A stretch of 64,000 bases of DNA from the human T2T-CHM13v2.0 reference genome, Homo sapiens: NCBI RefSeq assembly GCF_009914755.1, contig NC_060934.1. The stretch is one strand, 5' to 3'. A program made the position numbers and the translations under genes. The notes under the pieces are model-generated. The model ran no database searches, had not been told where the DNA came from, and saw nothing but the letters and a program-made list of their open reading frames with translations. Position 1 is the first letter of the stretch. Each line of letters begins with the position of its first letter. Below, in pieces: positions 12,838 to 25,788 of the stretch.

Positions 12838-13329
12838 AGGGAACTTTCAGAAGTCTGTGAAATTCATTCTTATATTTGAAAAAGATGATACTCAACCCAT
12901 CTGACACGCTTCATACCAATCCCCACCATTCAAACATTAAGTCCATGAATGAAATAATGTGCAGGGTTTTTCCTATCCACAAAGAGTTCCCGTAGCATTT
13001 TATAATGTGAGATGTTTTTAAAGCACAGAACAATGTTTAACATTGCAAGCCCAATGAACAGGTACCTTGGAGATAGGAAAAGCAAAGTAACTCTCTTTCT
13101 GTGTTTGTTGTCAAGGGAGGTCTCCCATACCAGCTCTCTGATTTTCTTCTCTTCTGTGAATTGGAAGGTTGCATTCAATGAAACAAAATCCGCATTAGGA
13201 TGCAGATGGCAGCACGTTGAAACACCAGGCAAAGAGGTGTTTATTCCACTAAACACCTTTGGGGCTGTCTAGTTAGATTTTGAGACTTGACTGTTTCTAA
13301 AATGCTTTGTTTCTGAATCCTGTTTCTTT

Positions 13330-13830
13330 TATGGGTGTTTGAGAGAGATTTAGAAGGGGAAATCAATAGGATATTATGATGGATTGGATATGGAGGGTGA
13401 GAGATGATGGTATAAATGATGACTCTTGGATTTCTTACTGGTGTACTTGAATGAATGGTGGTGTTAGAGAGCTAGTTCGCTGAAAGGGATCAGGTTTGGA
13501 GGGAATGATCAGCAACTTGAGGCTTCCGATATGTGGGGTGAATTACAATACTTCTGAGACATCCAAATGGAAATACCAAATAGAAAATAGGATGTACAGA
13601 TCGGTATGTCATAAGAAAGGTCTTGGTTGAACATGTAAATGGTGACTGTATATAGGTGTAATTTCAGCCATGGGTGTGAATGAGATTGCTTAATGATTCC
13701 TGAGCTAGGTAGAGGAAGATGAGACTGTGAAGAAGTTAGAGAGGGCTAGCTCTCAAGACATAGAGCACCAGGAGAGTGTTAATGTCAAAGAACCCAAGAC
13801 ATGAGAGGGTTTCAAGGTCAGAGAAATTGA
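13330..13830 (+). mobile_element. L2 LINE remnant
   Basis: 'gatggattggatatggagggtgagag', 'gaatgaatggtggtg', 'ctgagacatccaaatggaaatacc', 'gccatgggtgtgaatgagattgct' are typical L2 segments. Confidence 0.7.
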
Positions 13831-15699
13831 CAACCTGGGTAGTATCATAAATGACTTTGTCCACTAATTCAGGTACAGTCAGATATTGGCAACATCATGA
13901 TCTAAAACTTCTTTGTAGAAAATTAGCTGTGCTTTCCACACAGCAAGGATCCACCCTTAATAACTGGCTGACTGGTAGGTTTTTACCACTGTAGCACAAC
14001 GGAAACACTTGTAACCTCTGCATACCAAGCATCATTTCTCCCTTGCCTGGAATAATTTTCCTTTAATATCATCCTGTGGGAAATGTATCTAGTTTACTGC
14101 TCCATTCTTTGTATCTTATATGGAATTATAATGATCTGTACTTTTGTTGACAATTTCAATAATGACAGGAAAATATCATTATTGTTGAGGTATCCTGGTT
14201 TAAAGCAATTTCCTGGGAGAAAGCATCAAACTCCCATAATAAAGTTATAGTCCAAATTGTAAAAATGTGTTTTTAAGGGTGTTTTTTTCTTTCATATAGA
14301 AGCATCATGGGCCTTTACTGAACTAATTGTCATGGTAGAGCTCTTGATAAGCCACTGTGGTTGATTAGTATAATAGTGTCCCTGTCAATTTTACTTACCA
14401 CATTGAAGTTGCATAGTTTCTGAATTTGACATTCTTAGACCAGACTGTAATCCAGTGAATCCATTACCTAAGCAAAAATAAATTCACAGAAGTAGCAATA
14501 GCTTTTACTTAAGCCTTCCTTCCAGTCCATGGCAAAAATAGGACTTCAGTGGATTTCAAGATACTTGCCCGACTGTGCTAATTCTAAAGTAATCAATTAA
14601 AAGAGAAAGGCATTAGCTGGTTCTTCTTTGTATAAGAAACAAATTTAAACATCTAAGCAATTCTCAGTTCATAAGGTAACTTTACTTTTCCTATATAAAC
14701 AGTTTCTGCTATAGCTGAAGATAGAACAAATGCATATGCTATTGAATCTTTTAGCAAGTTACATGGCTCTAAAATTGGACTTCTTTTCAGGCATCGCAAG
14801 CAGACCATTGTCTGTAGCTTTCATGGAGATGTGTGTGATTTGTCCTTGAAACTCGGGGCCCTGTTCTCCTCCCACTACCAAGTTCAGCCATGCTGGTGGC
14901 TTCAGACAGCGTCCTTGGAACTCTTGACTTTTACATCCTTATCTCAAGCCCTGCTTTTTTCTTGAATGCCAGTAATTTTGGATTGGAAATCTCTTCCTAG
15001 GCAACCAAATTCAATGTAAAATGGAGCTCATTTCCCCCTTTCTTTCTCCATGGAAGTCTTATAAAACTCAACCAAGCATGCCTTGGAATCATGCCTCACT
15101 CCTTTTTCTCTCTCATTCCCCACAGCTCATGAAACCCTCAGCCCTGTCAGTTTTTTCTTTCTCAATTTAAAAATTTTCCTTTCTTTTCATCGTTTATGGA
15201 CAGACCACTTCTCCCTTGCACAGTTGGAACAACCTCTTCAGCCACCTTCTACCTCTACACAAAAGTTACTGATGTTTCTAAAACCTGAGTCTCATCTTGT
15301 TACTCCCTATTCAGAATTCTCCAGTGCCTCTCCTTTGCCTAATGGTTAATGCATCAACTTCTCAGCAAGTCCTAAGGGTGCCTCACAATGCGGCTGCAAT
15401 CTCCCTTTTCCAACCTCTTGTTGAGTGACTTCTGTACATTCTTCACCCCAGCTAGTCACCCATTTATCAGAATTCGAAAAAAATCCACGCTTTGCCAGAG
15501 CCAACCCCACACCATGCTTACATCTTTCAAGATTAAACTTGAAAGAGCTTCTGTTCGTCATTCAAGATTCAACTCAGATGTAATTTTTGCTCCGATGCTT
15601 TCTTGTACATTATGGATTTTTTTTTTTTTGCTTTTTTTATTCCCATAACATTATAGAAGCTTTTATTTTCACTTACATTTTTATTAACATTTTACAAGA

Positions 15700-15960
15700 G
15701 GCTGCATGGCCTAGTGCTCTTTTTAAAAAGCCTAGGCTTCTGAATCGGATAAACCTGTGTTTGTAGCCTGATTTTTTTTTTTTTTTTTTTTTTTACTGTG
15801 AACTCTGAAACCAGGTTATTTGACTTCTCTGAACCTCAATGTTCTCATATGCAAAGGGGGGAATTAGAACAGTACCTTTCTCAGAAGGTCGTCATGATTA
15901 TCTGAGATAAACCACACGCAACTCTCGACACATGAAATTAAACATTGTACCTGGCTCATG
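15700..15960 (+). mobile_element. MIR SINE interrupted by a poly(T) run
   Basis: MIR core 'ggttatttgacttctctgaacctcaatgttctcatatgcaaaggggg...acagtacct'; T-run at ~15772-15794. Confidence 0.7.
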
Positions 15961-16696
15961 TTTGATTTGTTGTTGCAGGGGTGGTATTGGTTATATTTGT
16001 CCTTCCCTCAAGATTGAGTTCTGATTACTGGTTCGTAGTAGAAGTCCAGTAAATACTGAATAAATACCTAACAAGTGGGTGAATTCGTATATAGATGTAG
16101 TTAGGTAGCCCAAAAGATTAAAGTAGAAACTCTTCTGAGACATGATACTGTTACTGGGATGGGAAGGCTAAAATTATTGCATATTTTAAAATCTGGAAGG
16201 GTAGAATTTACTGACTCCTAAATTTACCCTTTCCTGAAATGGGAGAAATGCAGGTAATAATATTTATGGTCAGTTCTGTTTTTATTCAGCAAAGCATGAA
16301 AACTATTTATTTAAAGAAATAGACTGACACTACCCTTTTGCTCTTAGTATTTGGTCTCCAGCATTAATCTGATGATCACTGATATTGACTGCTGTTCCTA
16401 TTAAACCATGTTTAATATACCATAAATCATGTCAAATTGTACAAGTCTATATATTTGGAGGAAGGTAATTTTTAAAGAATGTTAGCCTGATGTATTTATT
16501 TGCATTCTGATTTATTTACTTGCATTTTTTATGTCCTAGAATCTATTATAATCCTCTATCAGGTGATCAAACTTTATGAGATTTTAAAAATAATAGTTTC
16601 GACTTCCAGCAAATGACATACAAAATACTCTGATGAAATTGACCTTATGAACCTAAGTATTTCCCAGGGTTCCTGGACCCTAAGAAATACCCTTGA

Positions 16697-16982
16697 GCAA
16701 ACCACAGTGGCTTACACCTGTGATCCTAACACTTTGGAAGGCCAAGGCAGGAGAATCACATGAGGCCAGGAGCTCAAGACCAGCCTGGGCAATACCTTGT
16801 CCCTACAAAAAATACAAAAATTAGCCAGGTGTGTGGTGTGTGCCTATAGACCCAGCTACCAGGGAGGCTGAGGTGGGAGGATGGATTGCGCCCAGGAGGC
16901 CGATACTGCCCTAAGACGTGATTGTGCCACTGCACTCCAGTCTAGGTGACAGAATGAGACCTTGTCTCCAAAAAACAAAATA
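16697..16982 (+). mobile_element. AluJ with degenerate TSD
   Basis: Diverged Alu dimer ('gaggccaggagctcaagaccagcctgggcaa', 'gggaggatggattgcgcccaggagg'); flanks aaatacccttga / acatactcttga. Confidence 0.92.
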
Positions 16983-17514
16983 ACATACTCTTGAACTAAG
17001 AAAAATGTTCACTAAATGCACTAAGGTAAAACATTATTGAAAACAAGATACAATTCATTTTCTAATAATGCTCTTTGGAGTTGATAAGAATAGGAATCAT
17101 CTGGGAAAACAATGACATGTTCAGAGCCTCAGTATCAACGCTTGTAGGTAGTATGTAGTTTGGCTCCATATAGCATGTGGCAGGCAGAGGTGACCTCTTG
17201 AGTGTGAAAACTGAGCTGCAGGGGCAGCTGCCAATTACAGTTGTGTAATCACCTTCTCTGAAGCTGGTCCACTGTCACAGAATGAAGACCCTGGTTCAGC
17301 TGCGATGTAGTTTGGCCAAGCATCTTTTTTTCCAACCCTGTGATTTCCTGATGAGCAAAACTGAAACAGTGATTCAAAACATACCGGTTGGGTTATCCGA
17401 TGGGAAATAAAACTCTAAGTCCAGATTAGACAGTACCTCATGATTTTTCACTAAACGAAAAACAAATATAGTCGTGCTTTTTTACCACCTGCAGTCCTAA
17501 TTGAAAGTAATGAT

Positions 17515-17735
17515 TCTGGAGCCAGCCTGGCTGGGTTTGAATCTACCTCACTTCCTGGTTGTGTGGCTTTGAATTCATCAGTTTGCTTCCTGTGCTTTAA
17601 ATTCATCAGTTTGTTTAGTTTCCTCATCCGTAGAATGGAATAATTAAGTTACCTATCCCAAAGTGGTGTTACGGAGACCAAGGGAGGTTTTGTTTGTAAA
17701 ATCATAGAACAGATCCTGAAGCAGAATAAGACATA
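17515..17735 (+). mobile_element. MIR SINE with small internal duplication
   Basis: 'ctggagccagcctggctgggtttgaatct...agtttcctcatccgtagaatggaataat'; 'aattcatcagtttg' occurs twice (~17572 and ~17599). Confidence 0.7.
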
Positions 17736-18477
17736 CCCACTGCTCTTGCTCTTACCCTTCCAGAAGAGTTGGCCATGACTTGATTATCTCCAAGACAACA
17801 GTGACTCCTAGATGTGTCTTCAGCCCCTGCCTTTTGTGACATCATTTGCATTTTTTCAATTGCCCACCAGAGGTGGCCACTGGGTTTTCATTTTGGGTTG
17901 CGTATACCTAACCTAATTCCTTCTCTGATTCCCCCAGCTCAATGTAAATGTTCTCCTCATCTTGTGTTCTCTTAGCCAGGTCATTCTGCAGCTGTGTGCT
18001 CTAGCACCCTGGCTGCTCCTCAGACACCTTCACACATCTCTGCTCTGGGATCCTGTGCTCTTTCCCGCTGCATGTCCACAGAGCTTGCAGGCTCCCCCAC
18101 CTGATAGAGATTCTGCTCCAGTCTCCACTACTCCCTGGAATACGATACCCCAGTCACACTCCACCTCATACCCTTCTTTAGATTTCTTCATAGCACTTAC
18201 TATCTGGCATTATATAGTGTCTGGTTCACTTAGAGATTCTTTGTAATGAGAACAAAAAATCAAAGCTATGCAGGTATTCACTTGGCTCTTTTGATAGAAT
18301 GTGGTTACTGGGTACCAGGGCTTCATATTGCAGAGAAATGATGAAAAGTTTTTATGATTTTCACATGGCCTCATTATCAGATATGTCTTGATCATTTTTG
18401 GAAGGTATTACCCACTTTACAGACAAGCTTAAGGCAGAAAACATCCAAACCCAGAACTTGGTCATCTTGGCACTTTT

Positions 18478-18916
<439 letters not shown>

Positions 18917-19813
18917 TGAGCATTTGAAGTAGATATTTTAAGCAAGGATGAAAAATTAACATAAAGAGAACAATGAATACTCTATGAAGTAAACAGTCAT
19001 CATTTGTACTTGTGGTCTTTACGGAAGGAGCTAACACCTGAGGAGGGAAAGGGCATTGCAGTTGTGGTTCTGTTTACACACCCAGCATGGGATTCTGAGT
19101 GGTGTAGTCCTTGGGGACAATGACGCTTCAGTGTGCAGGCTACTTCTCAGCTCAGACTTACTATCTAAACCTCTCTGCAGAAAGGCTGCTGGGGCACCTC
19201 CTGTGCCTGCAGGGGAGAGCTCCAGTGCTTCCCTTCCCTGCCTTGTTATCCCCTGCTGGTGCCCAGCAGATTGCAGAGGGAGCCCAGCCCTTCCAGACAT
19301 CCCACTTGAACTGGGCTTAAAGCAAAAACAAAGAAATAAGACTTAACATGTTTTGTACTAAGGGAGCTGCGTGGATACCGGTTTCCTCAGCGGCTCAGGA
19401 GGCTGCCTACCTAGCTGTCCCCACCCAGCAATAAGTGATTGGCGGCAGAAGCAAGGCGGCCAACTCAGGTGTCCCTGAGGCCTGGTGAGCAGTGCTGGTT
19501 TTGGGAAGGGGGCTGGGGGGCTGTGGCAAACCAGCAGCACCTGCCTCTCCTAGGGGGGCAGCTCCAGGCTAAACTGGCCTGTGGGCCCCAAATTCTTCAG
19601 AGAACTGGATTCCAGATGTGTGTGTTGATGTGGACACCACACACTTGTGAGCTTCTGGGAAGGAATCCTCTCATCCACCAATAGCCACCTCCATGTTTTG
19701 GAGTGCGGTCTGTAGAGTTTGGCCGCTTAGATGCTACCCTACAGAAGACTGGAGGAATGGCAACATTGTCCACAGGAGGATTAGTTGTAGTTTGAATTCA
19801 CACTTACTGCAGT

Positions 19814-19838
19814 CCCAAGTATTTGACAAATACTTGGG
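19814..19838. repeat. Inverted repeat, 12-bp arms with 1-nt spacer
   Basis: CCCAAGTATTTG-A-CAAATACTTGGG. Confidence 0.95.
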
Positions 19839-20029
19839 GATTGAATACTATGCTATATTTTAACCAAACATATTTCTAGAAGTTAAGATACCTCACTTCC
19901 ATTTTAAAGTCTTTTACTCTAATGTTTGGCTTCTGAACCCTTAATCCGGTCCACGTGTCACTTCTGAAAAGAAGCAGTCAAGCCAGGTCTCCCCTTGTTC
20001 CTTCTCTCATTCCTGGATCCTTTCTCTCA

Positions 20030-20845
20030 TTCCCCCTTTTGCTTCCTCTCATTCTTCCTTTCCCCTTTCCTCTTCTCCCTCCTCCCTCTTCTTCCCCCTC
20101 CTCCCTCCTCTGCCCATTTCTCCCCATCCCTTCTCCCATCTCCTCCCTTCTCCCATCTCCTCCGTTCTCCCATTCTCTTTCCTTCCTGTCCCCCATCCCG
20201 TCTCCTTGCTCTCTCTTACCCTTCTTTCATCCCCTCCCCACTTCCCTCCCTCCCTCTCCCCCTTCTTCCCCTCCCCTTCCCCACTTCCCCCTTCTTCCCC
20301 TCCCCTTCCCCACTTCCCCCTTCTTCCCCCCCTTCCCCACTTCCCCCTTCTTCCCCTTCCTACTCCCCCTCCCCCTTCCCACTCCCCCTTCCCACTTCCC
20401 ACTCCCCCCTTCCCCCTTCCTACTCCCCCTTCCCCCTCTTCCTACTGCCCCTTCTCCCTCTTCCTACTTTCTACTCTCCCTTCCTCCTTCCCCCTACCGT
20501 CTTCCCCTCTCCCCCTCTCCCTACTCCCTCCATCTCCGCCTCTCCCCACTCCCCACTCCCTCCCTCTCCCTACTCCCCACTCCCTCCTTCTCCCCCCCTC
20601 CCCACTCCCTCCCTCTCCCCCTCTCCCTCTCTCCCCACTCTCTCCCTCTCCCCACTCCGCACTCCCTCCCTCTCCCCCCTCCCCACTCCCCACTCCCTCC
20701 CTCTTCCCCCCCCACTCCCCACTCCCCACTCCCTCCCTCTCCCCACTCCTTACTCCCTCCCTCTCCTCACTGTCTACCTCTCCCCACTCCCTCCCTCTCC
20801 CCACTCCCTTCCTCTCCCCACTCCCTCCCTCTCCCCACTCCTTGC
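20030..20845. repeat. ~820 bp C-rich polypyrimidine low-complexity tract (CCCCACT/CCCT/CTT units)
   Basis: Almost entirely C and T, with recurring ccccacttcccc and ccccactccctccctct units; it generates the Pro/Ser/Leu-rich and Gly/Glu/Arg-rich pseudo-ORFs. Confidence 0.97.
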
Positions 20846-20899
20846 CTTCTGTAGATGTGCAGTGCTGATTGGCAGAATTCTCCCCCTCAGGCCATGCAG

Positions 20900-22070
20900 G
20901 GATGCTCTCATTTTGTTTTCCCCACAGCCCCTACTCCCTGCTCATTCCCTTCACAGGTTACCATTAGGATGTGTCAACCCTTTGTTTAGGTGTGTGTGTA
21001 TCCTGGAAAATTAGATACTTGCATGAATTAGTTTTATAATCTACATGAATGGGATTGTGGATTCTGGTTCACTGTTTTTTTTTTTTTGTTTTTTCAGCCT
21101 GTACTGTCTTCAGAACTGCCTGTTTTGCTAGGTGTGCATCTTACTCCTTGCTTCTGACTGCTGCGTGGGTCCTATAACATAGATCACCCACATGTTATCT
21201 GTTCCTTCCCCTGGTAATAGCACTCTCAGCGGCCTCCCAGTCCCAGATACTTCCCATAGTGCTGCAGTGAATGCGCATATCCCCTTAGGGCTTGGCGGGA
21301 GGGTTCATCTGGTTCTGTTCTGAGGCTGCAGGGCGCAAGCACACTTAACTTCATCAAGTGTGGGAGATCCTTTCTGGGATGACTGGACCCATTCATACTC
21401 CCAGGATCTGTGAATGAAGTTTCCTGTTTCCCCACGTCTCCACTTGGTGTTGACTTTCTCATTCTAATCTGATAGCTGTATCATTGTCATTTTCATTTAT
21501 GTTTCTCTGATTACTGGTGAGATTGAGCTTTTCTTTATAAACTTCTTAGCCATTTGGATCCATTTCCCTTCTCTCAATTACCTGTTCACATCGTATGCAC
21601 ATTTTTCCATTGGGTTTCTTGTCTTTTTTGTTAATCTCTTCTATAGTCTGGATATTAATCCTCTGTTCACTGTTAGGTGTGGCACACATCTTCCAGTTTT
21701 GTCTACTGTGTCCTTTGTAGGCAGATCTGTCAGTGTGTACTCCTGGATGACTTAAATCATATTTAAGAAATTCTTCCTCATCCCAAGCTATCAAGGATAT
21801 TTTCTCCAGCAGTTAATTCTGTTAGCTGCATTAGGTATATCTCATATGTAGATGTTTACGGCCCTCAGAAGGGAGGGATTTTTGTGTTTCTGTTGCTCCT
21901 GTGGCAGTAAGTTACAGATCCAGCATTTTCTCTCAATAGTAAGCTGGTTTTTATGGTACCATATCCTAAGTATTCCATCTGTTTTCCTGTAATGTGTGTT
22001 GCTACCTTTATATGTAACAAGTTGCCACATATCCATGAATCTGTTTTAGGACCCTAATTTTGTTTCTGGA
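20900..22070 (-). mobile_element. Ancient L1M (L1ME-like) ORF2 C-terminus and 3' UTR remnant
   Basis: 'cattgtcattttcatttatgtttctctgattactggtgagattgagc', 'ttagccatttggat', 'tagtctggatattaatcctctgt', 'atttaagaaattcttcctcatccca' are reverse L1 motifs. Confidence 0.8.
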
Positions 22071-22704
22071 ATAGCAAACAGACTTGGGCATCATGGGTAA
22101 AGGCCTCCAAGAAAGCAGTGATGCAAGGACTCACTGGAGCCTCAAGTACATGGTGAATGGACTTGAGTTTCTATCTAGAATTCGAAAGCTGCAAGAAAGA
22201 GCCTTTAAATCATGCCTGCCCCATGTTGTCATTTTCACACGAAGAATCTGAAAGTTAAAGAGAGATCACAGTGCCGGTAGTCACATACCAAAGACAGACA
22301 TAGGACTGTGGCCCAGGTTTCCTCTGACACAGCTAGGCACTCTCTGAATTCATTACCCTGGGCTGCTTCTTTCCTTTCACAGGTTAGAGCAGGTGATTTT
22401 TTCAGTCTCTCTACCCCTCACAATCTATTCCTGCCTATGAAAGTTTTGTGAGTTTCTCCTTACTTCTCTTTAACCTTGTTGAGGAAGCAACGCTTGTGCT
22501 CTGCAGGCCGGTTATTTAACTCCTGCATGCACATGGTTTATGTTTTCCCTTCCTCTCTCCCCGCCCCCTGACTTTGTAGCAAAAGGAAATTTATTGGCAG
22601 CAGTTTAGTCAGTGGGTGGGAGTCGAGGCAGGTGAGAGAGCAGTGTGACAGGAGTGGACTCATGATGTTTCGTATTTTAATCTGTGTCTCAAAAAATGAA
22701 CCTG

Positions 22705-23012
22705 GGCTGGAAGCGGTGGCTCATGCTTGTAATCCCAGCACTTTGAGAGGCTGAGGCAGGAGGATGGCTTGAGCTCGGGAGTTTGAGACCAGCTTGGGCA
22801 ACATAGCAAGACCTCATTGCTACTAAAAATTTTTAAAAATTAGTTGGGCATGGTGGCATGCTCCTGTAGTCCCAGCTACTTGGGGAGGGGAGAGCAGCTG
22901 CTGAGGCAGGAGGATCACTTGAGCCTGAGAGGTCAAGGCTGCATGGAACCCTGAACGTCCTACCGCACTCCAGCATGGGCGACAGAGCAAGACCATGTCT
23001 TAAAAAAAAAAA
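22705..23012 (+). mobile_element. AluJ with a short insertion in the right arm
   Basis: Alu dimer; about 15 extra nt ('ggggagagcagct') between 'agctacttggggag' and 'gctgaggcagg'; A-tail at ~23002-23012. Confidence 0.92.
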
Positions 23013-25532
23013 TCTGCTTTTTGTTCTTTTCTAGCTACATTACATCTTTAGATGTATTACTAGAGTGTGATTTTCTGTGTGAGTATTCATCCCCGTCATT
23101 GAGTGGAACAGAAAAAATGTGAAACGATGAAGTTTTAGGAAGCCATCTAACGCTTAGTACTTCTTTTCCCATCTCCTACTACCTAAGTCGGGACAAAGCT
23201 TCTGCTTATTTTTCTGCTTCGTCTAAACACTGCTAGATTGATGAAATACACTAATGCATGGAGTAGAAACAGAGGGGCTTTAATGGAGGTCATGTCCCTA
23301 AGCAGAGCATCAGAGAGGAGAAGAGAGGAGGAGGCCTGGGTGGCATTTTGTTTGCTGTTTGGTGAGTGGGGAGATGGCAGTGAGACAGCCAGTGTGACGT
23401 TGAGAGTGTTCTCATGGGTCGTTGGCATTCTCAGCAGTGCATCAACAAAGGCCCCTTTCTTCTGGAATTCCAGAGTACAGTGTGCCCACGGGAGGCCTCA
23501 TCCGGGGGCAGTTTCTGCTTGTCAAGGAACTGCAACCCTGACCTTAACCACCACCTCATTTCATGCCCGAGAGCTTGGAAGCCTAGACCCCCACTAACAA
23601 GGAGCAAGGCCCTTGGAAACGCAGCACTGCAATGAGCATTTTATTGAATTCTTTCAAAACTGGAATTACAGAACGTCCAGCAAGGCCCTTTTGGGAGAAG
23701 GGTTATAAGGTTGGAAGATAATCAGCTCAGCCTCTCCCACTCTGAGTACCATTCGGTTAGGATGTACTCTCCACCCTTTTCCATCCTGCTACCTGCCTCT
23801 GAAGTGGGAGCTGTCATTTGGAAGTGATTTGAAATACTTGGATGAGATAATAATATGTGGCATTTATTAATGGAGTGCTTTTTTACTCAGGGGCTCAGAC
23901 TTTCTGGGCCTTCTAATGTGTTAATCTACATCTTCTTCCCACTGCATGGTTTTACTTACTTTTAAAAACTTCTGTGATTAAAATAGGCAAATCGACCAAA
24001 CAAAACTGTTAAACAACCTCCCTGTTCACTAGGTTAGGTCATCTAGTGATATTTAAAAGTAAAGTAGCTTCATAGAGTGGATTCTGTTGCGAGGCCTTTG
24101 TTACTGATAAGTGTTTGTCAGTTGTAGTTAAAAATGATTCATAAGAAAAAGCTTAGTTTTTCTTTGATCTCCATTCAATAAAATGTGTCTCATAGACTGA
24201 GAAATTTTTCTTCCTCCCAACATAGCCCACCAGTTCTAGAGGAAGGCTATTGTCAGTCACAAAGAGGATTTATGTTTCTTTTTTTTTCCCTAATGGGTAA
24301 CTGTTGTTGCTTATGGATTGGAGAGGATTCTAAATGCTTGTCTGTCTGATATGAAGGCAGTCTCTCTTTTCACATAGGCAACGTGCCCTATGTCGTACAG
24401 GTTAGAGATGAAATACGATTGAAATCATGTGGATGCATCTTCCTGTGCTATGTCTTTCCTACAGGCAGAGTGCCCCAAGTTCACGTTGGATACGCCGAAA
24501 CTCAGCGTGTTTCCACAGGCAATTTAAGAACAAATCAATACCTCAGACAGTAATACGTCTTAGAAAGAGATTTCTCATATAAGCAATGGAAGTTTTATCT
24601 TTTGAATTTGGTTGACTTATAATAATCAAATGTTTGGAGGAGGAGAGACCTATTCTTTTGACAGTCAGTGCAACCTGTATGCTCGGCCTGGTTTTTGTAA
24701 GGAAAACAGGCTACATATGTGATGGATAACTCAGAGTAGCTTTTAAAATCTACTTACTGGCTTATTTCTGGTCTCCAGTTTTGGCTTTCAAGGAGACCTC
24801 TTAGATATTTGTACCTTTACATATACATGGAATAGTACAGCAGAACTTTCTCAATGGCCTGTGTCTAGGCAGACCCTGAGCTGATGCTCTTGCATGTGCC
24901 ACATTTTACTGGGTGCGAATGTCTTTCAGCAAAGTCCTGCTTTATAGGCTCTTGCATATTATTCTTCATCTCCACCTTGGGAATAATGAGCTTTTTCCTT
25001 TCTTTGAGATGTATCTCAGGAGGTAGAAAGCACCATCAAGATCGCATTCGCTAGGGACACATGAAGAATTTGAGATGATGTGTTACGCAGTACGGGAAAG
25101 GGAGTCAGAAACTGCAGGAGTTAGAGAAAGACGAGGACATGTTGACATTCCTAGTGACGTATATGTACACACATACACAGTACACACGTGTGTGTCACCT
25201 CTCATTACACATGCACATTCACATGAGAGGGACTAGAACCGTTGGCCAGGCTCGGAGTGGTGCTTCAGCTTTCCAACTGGTTACCAGTTGTTTTCTGATA
25301 GCAAAGGAAGAAGTAGATGTGGTGGATAGCGAAAGATGTCTTGATGTTTAGGAGAAGAAATTCAAGTGGCAATAAAATGTAAACAACGATATTTATGGGA
25401 AAAGCAATAGTAATGATCAATTTTAATGCAAGCATCTGTGAGACCAGAAGTTGGGGCAACACAAATGATTTATAGACAAAGGTATGGCAAGTGCAAACTA
25501 ATTTGTGAAGGGAGCTATCTTTGAAACGGAAC

Positions 25533-25788
25533 CATGAGTAAACGCAGTGCATTTCCACATGCGTAGCCCATATCCGAAGCTTGTGTCCTGGCTGAGTCAT
25601 GAGTAAACGCATTGCATTTCCACATGCGTAGCCCATGTCTGAAGCTTGTGTCCTGACTGAGTCATGAGTAAACACAGTGCATTTCCACATGCGTAGCCTA
25701 TATCTGAAGCTTGTGTCCTGACTGAGTCGTGAGTAAACGCAATGCATTTCCACACGTGTAGCCCATATCCGAAGCTTGTGTCCTGACT
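25533..25788. repeat. Minisatellite, 65-bp unit x ~3.9
   Basis: Unit CATGAGTAAACGCAGTGCATTTCCACATGCGTAGCCCATATCCGAAGCTTGTGTCCTGRCTGAGT starting at 25533, 25598, 25663 and 25728, with few substitutions. Confidence 0.97.

Noticed and set aside
17864-17880. CCACCAGAGGTGGC as a CTCF site
   Set aside because: Register mismatch with the core (…AGRKGGC); it needs an indel to fit and cannot be supported without a PWM scan or ChIP data.
19955-21014. Long ORFs of 220-339 aa (Pro/Ser/Leu-rich) and the opposite-strand Gly/Glu/Arg-rich ORFs
   Set aside because: Artefacts of the C/T low-complexity tract, which rarely forms stop codons; open in several frames at once.
25533-25788. CRISPR-like periodicity in the 65-bp array (also the 44-bp array at 55587-55850)
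   Set aside because: Units are head-to-tail with no unique spacers, there are no cas genes, and the context is primate Alu/L1 DNA.
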